A stretch of DNA of 64,000 nucleotides from Eledone cirrhosa. Taxonomy: Eukaryota. The first letter of the stretch is position 1. The number at the start of each line of letters is the position of its first letter. The position numbers and the translations under genes were made by a program. The notes below the pieces were generated by a model. That model did not search any database, had not been told where the DNA came from, and worked only from the letters and a program-made list of their open reading frames with translations. This document shows positions 50,224-63,986 of the stretch, piece after piece. The stretch is taken from NCBI GenBank assembly GCA_964016885.1, contig OZ024747.1:81778001-81842000 (forward strand), given 5' to 3'.

Positions 50224-50825
50224 TATTAAGTAACCAGTAACAGTATGTGATATATTTTCTCTACTATATATATTGAGTATTCTTTACAACAAAAGAATAT
50301 GAGAAAGCAATATATTTTCTAAATTGCAGTCAATCTCAGGAAATGGTGAACTATTTGAAAATACTAAAATAGATATGATGTTATTATTGTTTAGTTTTAT
50401 TCCTTACTAAATTTGAAGCAAATAAATATCGGCTGATTGATTAATTGATATGTCATGAGAGGTACGCAATGGCTAATCAATTCCATTTGTTTTAGTTTTA
50501 TTTGAGGTGGAGGTGAGGTGAATACTTTCCTCTATGCGAAAGCAAGCAAAACCTTTCTAATTTAGAATCAAAACAAAAATTACCATTATCAAAAGGTGCT
50601 CAATACTTGTGTATATGTGTGTGTGTATGTGGGAGTATAAATATATACACACATACATATAGTCTAACACATACCTGCATGAAATTGCAGATGTTAAATG
50701 ATTATATGTGTGTGTGTGTGTGTGTGTGCACGCGTGTGTATCCCGGGTTCAATTGGGGTAACCACAGTAAGGTACTTAATACATAGCAGAGTATAAATAT
50801 ATATATATATATAGAGAGAGAGAGT

Positions 50826-50921
50826 AGGGTGTCCCCAAAAAATCTATACACACTGCAACCCCATTCTAATATTGCTTGTTCAGGTAATTAAAGTGTGTAT
50901 ACATTTTGAGGGGACACCCTG
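50826..50921. mobile_element. Tc1/mariner MITE
   Basis: Inverted repeats agggtgtccccaaaaaatctatacacact / agtgtgtatacattttgaggggacaccctg, followed by TA. Confidence 0.75.
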
Positions 50922-50959
50922 TATTTGTGTATGTGTATATATATATTCTGTTTCAAGAG

Positions 50960-52025
50960 AGAGATAGATACCCCATCAACTTCATTGAAGTCTATGAGGC
51001 TAGCTTGTTTCATTGACTAGCTTGGCACATTCAAGTTTTGATTGTGTTAACATCTTTGCCTCATCAATAGTCAGGTTTAGAATTTCTGCATAGTTCAACC
51101 ATGGCTTCTGATAATATCTACTGGTTGGTTTGGCAAACAATGATTTCTTTGTATTTATTGCATTTTCTGTTCGACATGCATCTATGATAATCTTGAGTTG
51201 TGCTTAGATGAAGTATTACATGGAAAGGAATCTTGACAATATTTTGTATTTCTATGTTAGTTTATACAAAATTGTATTCTCCTTCATCACAATCGACTCT
51301 GTTCTAATCCCCTTTAACCATGCTTTGAAATTGAATCTAGCACGCTTCCATTTTCCCTATTTCTGTTTCCTTTGGAAGCCAAGATTATACTCAATATGTC
51401 AGTAACTTTATTCTTAAGTTCATATTAATATTGCGGTCTTTTAGAGCTGTTCTCAATTCATTAAATGTATCTTTGCTTTTGATATTTGCAGCTCTACTGA
51501 AATTGATTTTGGATCACTAGAAATCATCTTTCCGAAATAAATGAAATCTTTCACATTCTCTATCCTCTTTTCATCTATGCTGAATAGTGGCTTCTTCTTT
51601 GTTAGCTCCTTGCTGTTCAACACTTGTGTTTTGTATTCTTAAATGATATTGTTTGTCCAAATATTTTACATGCATTGTTAATGATACCAAACTTCATCTA
51701 CTGTGCTACCAAACAGTAATACATCATAAAAATATAGAATCCACTAAATAACATCAACTCCATGTAAACCTCCATTGTTCTTCTGCTTTCTATTTCAACA
51801 TATTTGTAGAATATTGTATTCAAACTCAATTACCCCATCCTTTGGGGAATGTCTCGTCAAAAGCATGTGTTGCAATTTTTATTACATAATCAAAGTAATA
51901 AATGAAATACAAGAGGATTCCTGTCCACTTTGTCTAAAGGCAACAAGGCCATCAAATTCAACCTCCGTTCCACTGATATATGCTGTGGTACCATCATACA
52001 ACTTCTTCAATATGAAGGATGTCTA
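50960..52025 (-). mobile_element. Decayed LINE RT fragment (RTEX/Proto2-like)
   Basis: The minus strand reads ILKKLYDGTTAYISG...FRQSGQESSC..YYFDYV...WILY.(DD)VLLF, with multiple stops and frameshifts. The clade call is tentative. Confidence 0.6.
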
Positions 52026-52029
52026 ATAT

Positions 52030-52486
52030 AGATTTAATATAGATGAACAGCAAAGCATAAATGAATTGAGAGAGAAACTAGGCTTAAGAAGGATCAGATG
52101 CAGTGGGTAGGAGAGGAGATTGAGTTGGTATGAACATGTGACCCCCACATATCTTTCACATCTAATTCTTCAGCTCACACTGTAAAATGTTCATGATGGT
52201 GACATGACCAAAAGTGCCAGCCCACATTGTAAAGTGGTCATGTAGGTGACATGACAAAAAACGCCCAGTTCACAATATAAAGCTGTTTTATAGGTGTCAC
52301 AACAAAAAGTACCAAGTACACACTGTAAATGTGGTTGGTCTTCGGAAGGTCATCCATCCATAGAAACCAAGTCAAAATCAGTTCTGTATGAACAAGATAT
52401 GGTCATTTGCCTGGCTTGCCTCACTCAATGGGATAACTTGTCTAACCCATGCTAGCATAGAAAAATAGACTTTAAGCAGTGATAAT

Positions 52487-52490
<4 letters not shown>
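52030..52490 (+). mobile_element. RTE 3' fragment joined to an RTE-type 3' UTR with about 43-bp tandem units
   Basis: EQQSINELREKLGLRRIRC..ERRLSWYEHV is followed by repeated cacactgtaaa.tggt...ggtgaca..acaaaaa units and an acccatgctagcat...aa terminus. Confidence 0.75.
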
Positions 52491-52556
<66 letters not shown>

Positions 52557-54765
52557 GTTGTTATAACTTGCCTAAAGCTCTGACAGAATAAAATATTGAA
52601 GTAACAGATGATTTCAACAGAACTGAAGCAGAGCTGTGAAATTTTGCATCAATAAAAATCAATATAGTAAAGGTAAAAGATTAAGATGCATCAATGTGCA
52701 AGGTTGCATCAGGGTTGATGAGGAGACACCCTGTAGAAAGGAGCGTAAATTTGTAGGAGCAAAAGTGTGAGGGTGGTAGAAGAGGGTAGGAAAACAGACA
52801 GAAAATATGGTGAAGGGAAGATCAAAGCATTAATAAATGAAAACACTGAAGTATAAAATGAATACAAAGACTAGCTGTCAAAGTTGGCAGTGGGTACACT
52901 GTAAGAGTAAAGGTGAATAAGTGAATAAAAGATAGGATAGGTGTAAAGAGAAAAAAAACTAAAAACAAATATGGTTTGGAAAGAGAAATATGAGAAACAG
53001 AACTAGTTTATAGGACACTTCACTTATTTAGAATAGCCTCATATACAGGTGTTTGATTGGAGAACTTTTTTTCTTATGCCTATAAATGTGACTAGTTCCA
53101 AGGTGTAAAGTGGTACCACAAATCAAAATATCAGTAAAATAATCTTGTAGGCTGAAGTGTTAGCTAATGCATTTGGGAATTTCTTGGTTATTATTATGCC
53201 GGACATTTAGATCTTTATCACAGTCATTCAATCAGCAAACAGTTACCTCTGCTATATTTATCTCTGCTTTATAGCAAACAAGGGAGCCTCTAACTGCTAG
53301 AAATAGAAGTCAAATCCTTCTCAAATCACACTCAACCATCTCACAATATGTATTGTTGTGTTGGATATTTAGTCCAAGATGCACAATGCTTCAAAAACAG
53401 ATGGAACGGTCTGCACTGAAGCCCCTTTGATCATAGGTCTCTTCAATCAGGGCTGATCTGGGAACAAAGCAAAAACACAAATCTTTCTATTACAATAGAA
53501 GCATTGGACCATTTCCCGAAGATAAGTAGGCTAAATTCAACAGAATAGATCCATACAGACACCCAGCATGGTGGTATACATCTTTGCTGGCCTGCTTGTA
53601 AAATAGTGCTACTATGGCCTAGAGTCCTTGAGGTTCAGAAAAAGATACAATTTTCACACCTGTCTCAATTAGCTGAATGAAATAAAACCACTCAACAAAC
53701 AATTAAAAAAAAAACAACATTCTATAAACCATTTGTTAGTCATTTGATACAAAATCATCTACAAAAAGATTCTCTGCCAACTCAACAACATAAAATTCTA
53801 TTGTGAATTTATGTATAACTTTACACTTGACAGCCAGAAATTAGCCTAGGGCACTGTAAATGAATTCATCACAACCTTCAATTTCTAATATAACACTATT
53901 AACATTTCCTCAATTTCTTAACTTTCTGTGTATGTGTAACTTCTAAATTAATGGATAAGCATTTTTATATACAAAATACTGATTCCATTTTCCATTCACA
54001 GAAAACAACAATTTTTACAAGTTATATTAAATTAACTTAGGTATGCAGATTGCATTTATATATGGCTGTTTTAGCATATACACACATTTTTACACTAGCA
54101 ACATATAAGTGTGTGTGTGTATTTTATATATATATATATTACACATATGTTAAAATAAATACATTTATTTGCACATACAAACCATACATATAATTGTATA
54201 CAAATACAGACATACAGACATACATACACACAGCACACAAAATATTTCAACAACTTCAATTCTAACATTAAACAAAAACTGATTTGATGTGTAAATTTTA
54301 AAATTGATATTCACAGCTATTCTAACTGAAAGTTAATTATGAAATCTGATCATATTTTTTCTAGCATAATGTTAATTATATAACATTTTTATTTTTATAA
54401 TTTCCAGCAAAAATTATAAATGTTAGCATGAAAATAACACTTGCAGGTAATAATTAGAGTTTTTCCTTACATTATACTAACATTCAACAGCACTACTAAG
54501 TGAAATATCTTTTCCATTTTCTTTCTAATAAAACCTTTATAACAACTTTCTCATTAACTACTGAGTCTTAAATGAAATCTTTATAAGATAGGTTATTGAC
54601 ATGTGCAGTAATAATACAAGTGGTTCTCTGAATCACTTGTATAGCATGTACGCTTTTACCACACAGGTACAAGCAGAATGATGAAATGCAAAACAAAAAC
54701 TGGATACCTCCTCTTGTAAGTAAACATCCTTTGGACATTTGAAGGCCAAACAAACTTATTTCACA

Positions 54766-54824
<59 letters not shown>

Positions 54825-54835
54825 TATATATATAT

Positions 54836-55037
54836 ATGTAATGAGTATTTCGAATATTAATAATAATATTCGATTCGTTTGCAATTATGCAAACAGCCTC
54901 TTTTTTAAAGCTATGTTAGTAGAATGAACCCCTCATTCTTGCTCTTGATGGCTTTAAAAAAATAAAAAAAGAAGCTGTTTGCATAATTGCAAACGAATCA
55001 AATATTATTATTAATATTCAAAAAACTCAGATTACAT
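54836..55037. repeat. Fold-back with about 80-90-bp arms between two (TA)n tracts
   Basis: gaatattaataataatattcgattcgtttgcaattatgcaaacagc / gctgtttgcataattgcaaacgaatcaaatattattattaatattc. Confidence 0.9.
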
Positions 55038-55967
55038 TTAATGTATTCACCCATGTAGAGCGAAAATCTTTTTTTTATTTATATATATATATATATATAT
55101 ATAAATATATATATATAATTTTTATAATGTTGACCTTCTGGACTACTTCATGTTAGCAGGGTTTGAAATATTTTGAGACAATCACATACTAGGACCTGTG
55201 GTAGGCCGGTCTCACAGCATCTTATAATAATGATCTTATATCTATCCAAGATTATTGAAAAGTCACAGTGAACTTCAGTACATTTCGAAAACGATTGAAT
55301 ATAGGGATGTGTGGTGGTACTTAATAAACTTCATCACCACAAAATCTAGCACAAGGAGCTCAAGAGAATCCTTGGCAATAATTTCATATTTGTTGAAAAC
55401 AGAAATCAAAATGTATTACACTCTACACATTAATGTATTTCTTTTATATTTATTTTATTTTACAAACTTAATAACTGGATCTAAATAAACATATTTCTCT
55501 GCAATGTTGGAGAAAAATAATTAATTCAGTTGCTACTCAGCTAATGGAGTAATTGTTGATTTACAAAAATCACAAATCTAAACTTTTGTAGCTATTACTA
55601 TGTGAATCTGAAGCCAAAATTGAAGCAACATTTGCTAAAGACAATTTTTATATTATTGTGTTTGTGAATTGAAGATAGTGTGAATTAATATCTCATTAAT
55701 GTACATGGACACTAATAGTTTTTTTGTTTTTTTTTTACTAATAATAATCTTATTACTATCTACATTTAAGCAACAAAGGATGAGTTTGTATCATTACAAG
55801 AGACATGGCTCTTTCATAAAAACTAAAACATAAGCTAATAGATTCTTATGCTTAATTTTTGAAAGTCATATACTCATACAGTTAATCGAATAAATTTGCA
55901 CAACATTTATCTAGTATTTGTTTTCTTTTTCCTTTCCAAATCTTCCCATCTTCTTAAAGCTGTTTAA

Positions 55968-56152
55968 CCCTTTTGTACCAACCCAATCAAAGCCAGTTCT
56001 GGTTCTATGAAACAATACCAAGTATTTCACATATTTAAATTAAAATCCTCCAACATGATTTTATATGTGAATCTCAGTAATAAAATATTCATTTTAATGA
56101 ATCCATCAAAAATCCGAGTGTTTTTAACTGAAAATGCAGTTATGAAAAGGCT
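55968..56152 (+). mobile_element. Older piggyBac-type MITE (second family)
   Basis: ttaa-cccttttgtaccaaccc...ctggttctatga...gaaaagg is similar to the 24739 and 22515 copies. Confidence 0.5.
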
Positions 56153-56442
56153 TTAAACATTACAAATGATATCCCCAATGACATACAAGGTTACAGATAT
56201 AAATCTCAACCTCTAAACAATAATGAAGCAAATTGTTTAGAAAATACTAGGAATATTTTTTCCTTTATTATATAACTAAATGAGATATCTCCCATAGTCA
56301 GTTAAACATCCACAAAACTATATACTTTTTAGCTCCTTTTTCCAGAGAAAATATGAATGAACCTGTTATTTTTATATAAAGACATTTTTTCCAATTCCAA
56401 CCCACACTTCCCCTCAATCTATCTTATTTCTCATTATTTCTT

Positions 56443-56472
56443 CTCATGAAGGACTAGCATCCTAAACGTTAA
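56443..56472 (+). ncRNA. Degenerate minimal hammerhead ribozyme
   Basis: CTcATGA a gga ctagca tcc tAAACGTT. Stem II and palindromic stem III are present, with two core substitutions. Confidence 0.4.
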
Positions 56473-56567
56473 AACCCTCTTCCTGCGTTAATCTAATATA
56501 TCCCTTCCATATATACTGTACCGATTGTGTTGTTATTTCTGTTTACCTTTTACATATATATATATAT

Positions 56568-56795
56568 ATCATCATCGTCTTCATCATTTTACGTCCACTT
56601 TTCCCTGCTTGCAAGGGTGGGACGGGAACTGATTCTGGCTTGATTTCTACAGCTGGATGCCCTTGCTAACACCAACTTCATTTACAGTGAGTGGTGGGTG
56701 ATTTTTTTTCCGTAGTGTCTACACGTCCATTTTACAGTGTGAGCCGGGTGCTTTTTTGCCATGGCACCTTCACGGCCACTTTGCAGTGGAATGAT
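56568..56795 (-). mobile_element. 5'-truncated copy of the RTE-tailed SINE
   Basis: Matches 49717-49990 and 59007-59188. Confidence 0.85.
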
Positions 56796-56798
56796 ATA

Positions 56799-56830
<32 letters not shown>

Positions 56831-58105
56831 TCAAATGTGTTTAAATGTTTACAACTCTGACTGCTAGGATACTGCTTTATGTTTTGTAATTTTAATAAGT
56901 CTAACAATTTTAACTCTTTGAGTGTCAAATATATTTTCAAGTATCATTTCCTTCCCATTTCTTCAGAGCATGTTTTAGTTTAGTTTCTAAAATATAATTC
57001 CAAAGTAAATAAAGCAAATATGATCAACATATCTCTTAGTTCTAAGAATCTTTTGAGGAGATGAAAAAATTAATGTGTAACCCTGACCTGGAATAGTAAA
57101 ATAACACAAAAAGGTAGAAATATAAAAATCCCAAGTAATCATCTGATACCAACGATATAAAATTTGTTTACTTTGTTTGTTATGGAAACAATATCAAACA
57201 TCATCCAAATATTGCAAAATCCATAAGAACAACTTTTGTATTGTATTAATGGTAATAGAATAAAATTCAGTTAAATGTTATGTTTCATAAATTTCAGTAA
57301 GAAGCAAATGTACAGATTATAAAAAAAAACAAGCCTTTTAATCCTATATTCTTTAATAACTGTTATATGCTTATAAAAGCATATAAGCAGTTGTAACAAA
57401 TAAATTCGATAGGTTTAAAGAAATAAAACTATGGCATTATGTTCAATGCATCCATTTAAGTCTTTTTAATATAGGAGATTTGAGGTTTTGTTATATATCT
57501 AAGATATTTGTTACTAATTTTTTTAAAAATGATACTTTGGTAAGTTTAACTTTTCTTAACAGCAAGACATTTTACAGTTAACTCCTTAATGAAGTGGAAA
57601 TTGCTTGCTACTTAGTTAAACTGAGCTGCAGAAAATTAGGATGATAAAAACAAAAATCACCTTCAGGGTATGATAGAATACTGCTGCCATAAAGTCCAAC
57701 TCTATAGCAGATACTTCTTTACAAATCATACATATATCAAGCCGCCTATGATCAAAGACATTCTAGCTATTACCTACTTGTTTTATTTAAGAACTACTTT
57801 ATAGAAAATGTCCATTTTCTTTTTTAAGATATTAGGATGTGATTTGAAGGAGAATTAGTAGACACCTACCATAGGCTGAATTTAAATCAAGTTTTATATC
57901 TAGGTTATGTAGAAAGGATTAGGCGAAAAAGATTAAATATAGATTAAGGGAAATGGGTTTTATGAGTTCAGAACAGTTTAGAAAAGTCAAATGTCTTCAT
58001 TATTGGGTTAATGTAAGATTGTTTTCACTCTGATAATTGACTAAGGGAAAAGAAAATAAGTTAAGAAATAATTTTTCGAAGGAAATAAAAAAAAAATATG
58101 CTTAC

Positions 58106-58246
58106 TTTTGTTAATGCAACTCATCCCACAATCACCATCACATAAACATTTTTTCTTTTTGCTCACACAATCATCGTCTGTTGAACATCTTTTAAGGCAA
58201 TCTCGGCTCAGGACACTTTCTTTCCGAGGACAGAATTTGTCATTTG
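58106..58246 (-). CDS. Internal coding exon encoding a WAP (four-disulfide core) domain; probable LEV-9/Hasp-like WAP+CCP secreted protein
   Basis: On the minus strand the acceptor is atttttcttccacag| and the donor is |gtaagc. The exon is 141 nt, phase 1-1 and open: (x)NDKFCPRKESVLSRDCLKRCSTDDDCVSKKKKCLCDGDCGMSCINK. It has 8 Cys in WAP spacing with a CxC variant. It is absent from the ORF track because it is short. The family call rests on motif recall, not a search. Confidence 0.85.
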
Positions 58247-59006
58247 CTGTGGAAGAAAAATATTTTTAAAAGTTATGGTAAAGCACCAATATAAATAAAT
58301 ATATATATATATATATAAAACAGATAAAAATGTATGTGTATGTACATGCAAGTTCATGCATGCAGGTAATAGAAACATGTATGTAATATATTCTGTATTT
58401 TGTTAGGTAAAAAATAGGTGGCATTAAAAAAACTTTTGGAACGTTTATACATATACATAAACTGTGTGTATATGAGTGCAAAAGAAAAGGGGGGAGAAAG
58501 AAGGAAGAAAAGAAGGAAGAGCAGAAGGAAAGAAAAAAAGAAAAGGAAACATGAATTTTCATAATTTATAGATTTATGAAAACATTTACTGACTATAAAT
58601 TTTAAAGATACACTGAAAGAGGAAAAAAACTAAGACAGTTAGTGCCATTTAGTAGCAATTTAATTCACTGGTTTCACATTAAAAACAAAGTACTTTTGTG
58701 CTTTATCTACAGTGTGTCAATGCTTTTTTTTTTTTTTAATAATGTAAGCATAAATAGGTTTGTGGATAAGTGTCACTCAACTAGTTGCAGCACATATATA
58801 CCTAGCTATTCAATTCAGCAGTCTCAAAACACCATTAATGGACATACAGAAAGAGAAAGAGAGACAGCAAAAAAAGAAAGTAAACTTGTCTTGTTCAAAT
58901 TTCTATACAAGGAAAGATTAAATTTTAACCAAATATGCTAGATGTCTTACTATATGAATATTTCATAGTAGATTCACGACTATACACACACAAACACACA
59001 CACACA

Positions 59007-59351
59007 CATCATCATTCATCATTTCATTTTTTACGTCCTCTTTTCCTTGCTTGCAAGGGTGGGACGGGAACTGATGCTGGCTTGATTTCTACAGCTGGAT
59101 GCCCTTCCTAACACCAACCTCATTTACAGTGAGTGCTGGGTGCTTTTTTGCCGTGGCACCTCCACGACCACTTTGCAGTGGAATGATAGGGACTGGGGTC
59201 CCTATCATCTCATTTCTACAGCTGAGTAAACTGGAGCAATGTGAAATAAAGTGTCTTGCTCAAAGAAACAACACATCACCCGGTCTGAGAATTGAACTCA
59301 CAACCTTTCGATTGCAAGGCCAATGCTCTAACCACTAAGCCATGTGCCTCC
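59007..59351 (-). mobile_element. CORE-type SINE with RTE-derived tail
   Basis: Same family as 49717-50130, with CORE-like gtttctttgagcaagacactttattt. Confidence 0.88.
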
Positions 59352-59352
59352 A

Positions 59353-59394
<42 letters not shown>

Positions 59395-60615
59395 TTCTGA
59401 GAGAATTATTGTTTTTCTTTTTTACAGAATATTTATGATTTCTAAAGTGAAAAATATCTATATAACAGAATAGGTATATTACAAGTATCCAGATCTTACA
59501 TAGAGGATTGAGAAATGCATATATGCTTTTTACTTTTACTGATGATAGTCATCTAATAAAATAACTTTTGTAATGCACATTAGAAATACAAAAATGCTAT
59601 ATTTTGGCCTAGAATGTCATCAGTATCACCATCAATTTTATGTTGGTGTTTCTATGCTAGCATTGGTTAGACAGATCAGCCTTAAGTACTCTTCTTGTCA
59701 CAAAACAATTTACAGGGCATACTATGTACATGTTATAATGGCACTAGTGCTGAAGAGGTGTTATCCCTGGCAAAACTGAAAAGTCCCTTTACCCTACATT
59801 GTCTCCAATCAACCACAAATTAATTTACAGTATGTATTGGGCGCATTTTATGGTGACACCAGGGCTGGAGAGGTTATCTTGTTCACAGCAAAACTAAAGA
59901 TTCCTCTATACTATAGTTGTATAAAGGTACCTAAAGAACAAGCAGTAGTGTTCAACCAGGTAACAGATTAAAGTAAATGACATATTTTATTACTCAAAAT
60001 ACAAAGTTTGATGGTTTTAAATGTGTTTCAATCTCATTGAAAAACACAACAAACAAAAGCATCTACTACAAAATGTGTAATCTAACAACTGGAAGTAACC
60101 CTAAGAAAACCATTTAAGGATTAAGTGTATCTGTGATCAAATATATTGACAACTGTAAAGGAAACACATATTAAAAAGGATAGTAGATGTTTCCCAAATA
60201 GAAGAACTGTAAGATATTAACAAAATCTAATCTTGTAGAGATTATTTTAAACTCATACAAATAGGACTGATATGTCAAATGAAATAAATAGTAAAAGACT
60301 ATTGGTTATGGAGATGTTTATTCAAATGAAAAGGCAATTTGAGCTATCATTGATTAGTATACATTTATGCATCATTTTTTATTCAAATGAAAAGCAGCAA
60401 AGCCAAGTTTTTAAACATGACCATGGAATCTATATCATTTAAAAATGAGTTTGAAACAAAATTCATCTCATAGATAAAATTTTTATTTTAACTGTGCATC
60501 ATTTGTTTTAATTCTCATGTAATAATTCATTACATATATTTCAAAAGCCATAATGTATAGATACAGTAGCAATGTCATGAAACAAATTGTATCTTTATTT
60601 CGTTTAACTGACATT

Positions 60616-60798
60616 GGATTGGTAGTATCGGTAGAGGGTCGGACGCCATGCTTTCCAGCATAGTTACGTCCCTTTACGATCTGAGTTCAAATCCCGCTGA
60701 GGTTGACTTTGCCTTTCATCCTTACGGGGTTGATAAAATAAAGTACCAGTAATGCACTGGGTAATTGCTGGCCTTGTGCCTAAAGTAGAAACAATTAT
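60616..60798 (+). mobile_element. Nin/Deu-core SINE (young)
   Basis: Near-identical to 28401-28582. Confidence 0.92.
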
Positions 60799-62150
60799 TT
60801 CTCTAGTGCTCAGTTTATTTTCTTTATGCAATAGACACCAATTTTATTAGAAACATGTAAAATTTAAATAAATGTTATATATTATAAATGCTGATATATA
60901 TTCATTTTTGTTGTGTGTGTGTAAAACATAAATTTATGTAGTCATGTGAAATAACAATCTTCTGCACTGTCATAAAATGTAGAAATATCTATATTTCACT
61001 TGACTGTTTGAGCATTTTGTTTTACATATATGATTAATTACTTATGTCACATCAGACATCGGACATAATTTGTAATACAGTGTTGATTTATTTATATTGG
61101 ATATTTATTATTTTATTATAATCTCTATGCTAAATAAGCTAACCAAATATGGATTTCAATTTGACAAACTTGTGACAGCCAACTAGAGTTGCAATAAGTG
61201 ATACGCAAGAAATGTTTAGCATTTTATACTACTTGTTTCAATTTAAAACAAAATGTAATGGAAATAAGACAAATGGGCCAATAACATAACATCTGGATAA
61301 ATAAGTTAACCTTTTCATTAACAGATTTCCAATGATAGACAATATGATTTTCAAATAATTTTGAAAATCATTAATTAAGAGAGATTTAGTAAAATAACTT
61401 TTATTTTATTTAGGTGGTGTTTGAAACAACTTAAAAAATGTTCTTACAGAAAATTAGGATGGAGTGTTTTCAGATAAATATAGGCAATTTAAAACAGACA
61501 GACTTGTATAAGAGGACTGATGTAGTGAATGACATATGCAAACAATTCTAAATTAATTGAATTTCCCCTTTTAGTTGGAGAAAGAAAACAAAAGCCTAGT
61601 GGCAATAGATATGTGGAGATAACCTCAAGCAATGAAGAATTCAGTTTTGAAAGTTACATTATATGTTCAAAGAATATCTAACATTTAACTCCTAATATCC
61701 TGTAATGATTGAGCAGAAAATATCTAAAGACACGTTTGTTAATTTGAATGTTCATAATATCATTACTAGTGGACAGATTATTGTGAACATTTGCAGTTAC
61801 TTAAGTAAATACATTAATTTTTAATATGTTGTAGGTCATTATAGTGCTTTATACTTTTCAAGCATGACATATTTATGTGATTTTATGTGGTACAAGATGT
61901 TAAGAGTTACTATTTCACAATATGATTTGGGGGCTTATAACCCAATTTCTGGTTTGGGAAATATTTTCAAGATATATTTCTGAGTGTATATAGCTTTATA
62001 TAAATACAAGATAAGTGAAAGGAAACTCTGTATTAAACATTACTTATAACTTTTGGCCTACTGTGACCACTTGGGACACATCACTGCCCTCATATTCATG
62101 CAAGATGGGGGCCCTCCTCAGCTTGTACCCACTGACCATGAGTGGCTTAA

Positions 62151-62368
62151 CCCTTTAGCATTTAAACAGGCCATATGCGGCCAGAATTCTCTCACCTTTT
62201 TCTGTTCAAAATGGCCATAACTGGCCCCTCATACCGATTTTAAGGTATTGTTCTCAAAATATATATCAAAATCTCATAGATTTGATATTATGTGAGATAA
62301 TTATGTGAGGTAAAGCCTTTTCTGTGAATATACAATAGTTTATATAGAGTAATGTAAATACTAAAGGG
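62151..62368 (+). mobile_element. piggyBac-type MITE
   Basis: TTAA at 62147-62150 and 62369-62372, with CCCTTTAG...CTAAAGGG termini. Confidence 0.9.
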
Positions 62369-63231
62369 TTAATGTCCAATTTCTAGGCCATTGGCTGGGT
62401 GTCAAGGTCCAAATAAAAGGCCTACAAAAAGCCCTGGTTTAAGGCCATGTGATATTTTTCCCGTGAGGATAGACCTGAATAAAGGCATCCAACTGCTGTT
62501 AAAAGTCCCATCTAAGCAGACACAGAAAACATGCTGATATCTGTGCATTGTGTGTGTATGCATTTGTTGGGATACCATGCATATACTGGTTTATAGAATG
62601 AGTACATAGTATGCTTACATATGATAAGAGGCAACTATGAGAGTTGGCATCAATACTGTCTCAAAAAAGGATTACAATTTAATGCTACCATAAACAGGCA
62701 GACATAAAAATGATGGTAATGATAATGATGATGACAACAGCATTTTCAAAAGGATATTTTTTTATGTCTAGCAGTTATTTTTACCACCCAATTAAAAGTG
62801 TGCATTGTGATCTTATGACTAACTCAACATTAGTGAAGGTTTGATTTTTATATGTATTAATAGTACCCTTCAAGGCCACGAAATATATAGAGAGATTTTA
62901 TTTTGACAAGTGTAAAAATATATGTATTCCAGTAACTACTCTCTGTTGGAGTTTTCTATTTCAAAAATAAAATGCTGTGTGAGAATTTGTATGCAGGATA
63001 CAAAAAAATTACCAGACAAGTGCTAACATTTTTATTAAATTGTTTAATGATTGGGCTTCTGTTTTAGACAAATCATTTCATGCTTAAAATATAGACATAT
63101 AGACTACAGTTTGAGGGATATACGATGTGTATATGTCATTGCATATGTGTATGTATAATGTTATGGTTATGCATGTATGCATTACTGCATCTATAAGTAC
63201 ATGCACACACACATATACCCACATCTGAGAA

Positions 63232-63290
<59 letters not shown>

Positions 63291-63948
63291 ATTTCATCTG
63301 ACGATAAAATTTCCTGAAGTAAAAGAATTCTAAAGAGCCTAATATGTTTATATCAATTTGAAGCTCAAGCACGCATAAACACACACACACAAACATACAT
63401 ACACATACACAAAAATATACACACACACACATGAACATACATACACACACATATACATACACACACACACAAACATACACACACACACGCGAACATACAT
63501 ACACACACAAACACACGAACACACACACACAAACATACATACGCATACATACACACACATAAACATACATACACTCTCACACACAGGATTCTACGCGAGT
63601 GCATTTCGATACGTTTGCTTGGAATTCTAGATGTTTCTATGAGAGTACTTCTATGTGGTGTGGTATGATTTTTTGTGACTGTAAATGTGTTGAAACTTTA
63701 CTTCATATACTTTATTACTTTCGTTTCACCACTTAAATGGCAACAGAATTTTCCAAAAATGAATTTGAAAATGCAGCCACATGCGTGCAACACAGAGATA
63801 AAAACAAGAAGGTATGTAACCAACAAAATAAACTTATTATATATGTGTGTAAATGTACATGCATATGTATATATAAGTATGTGAGTGTGAATGTATCTGT
63901 CTCAATCTCTCTCCCTCTCTCTCTGTCTATATATCTATATACACACAC

Positions 63949-63986
<38 letters not shown>

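Noticed and set aside
63136-63604. Long Val/Cys/Tyr-rich ORFs (similar ones at 9027-9400, 47988-48335, 49184-49597)
   Set aside because: They are translations of (CA)n, (TA)n and (AG)n microsatellites.
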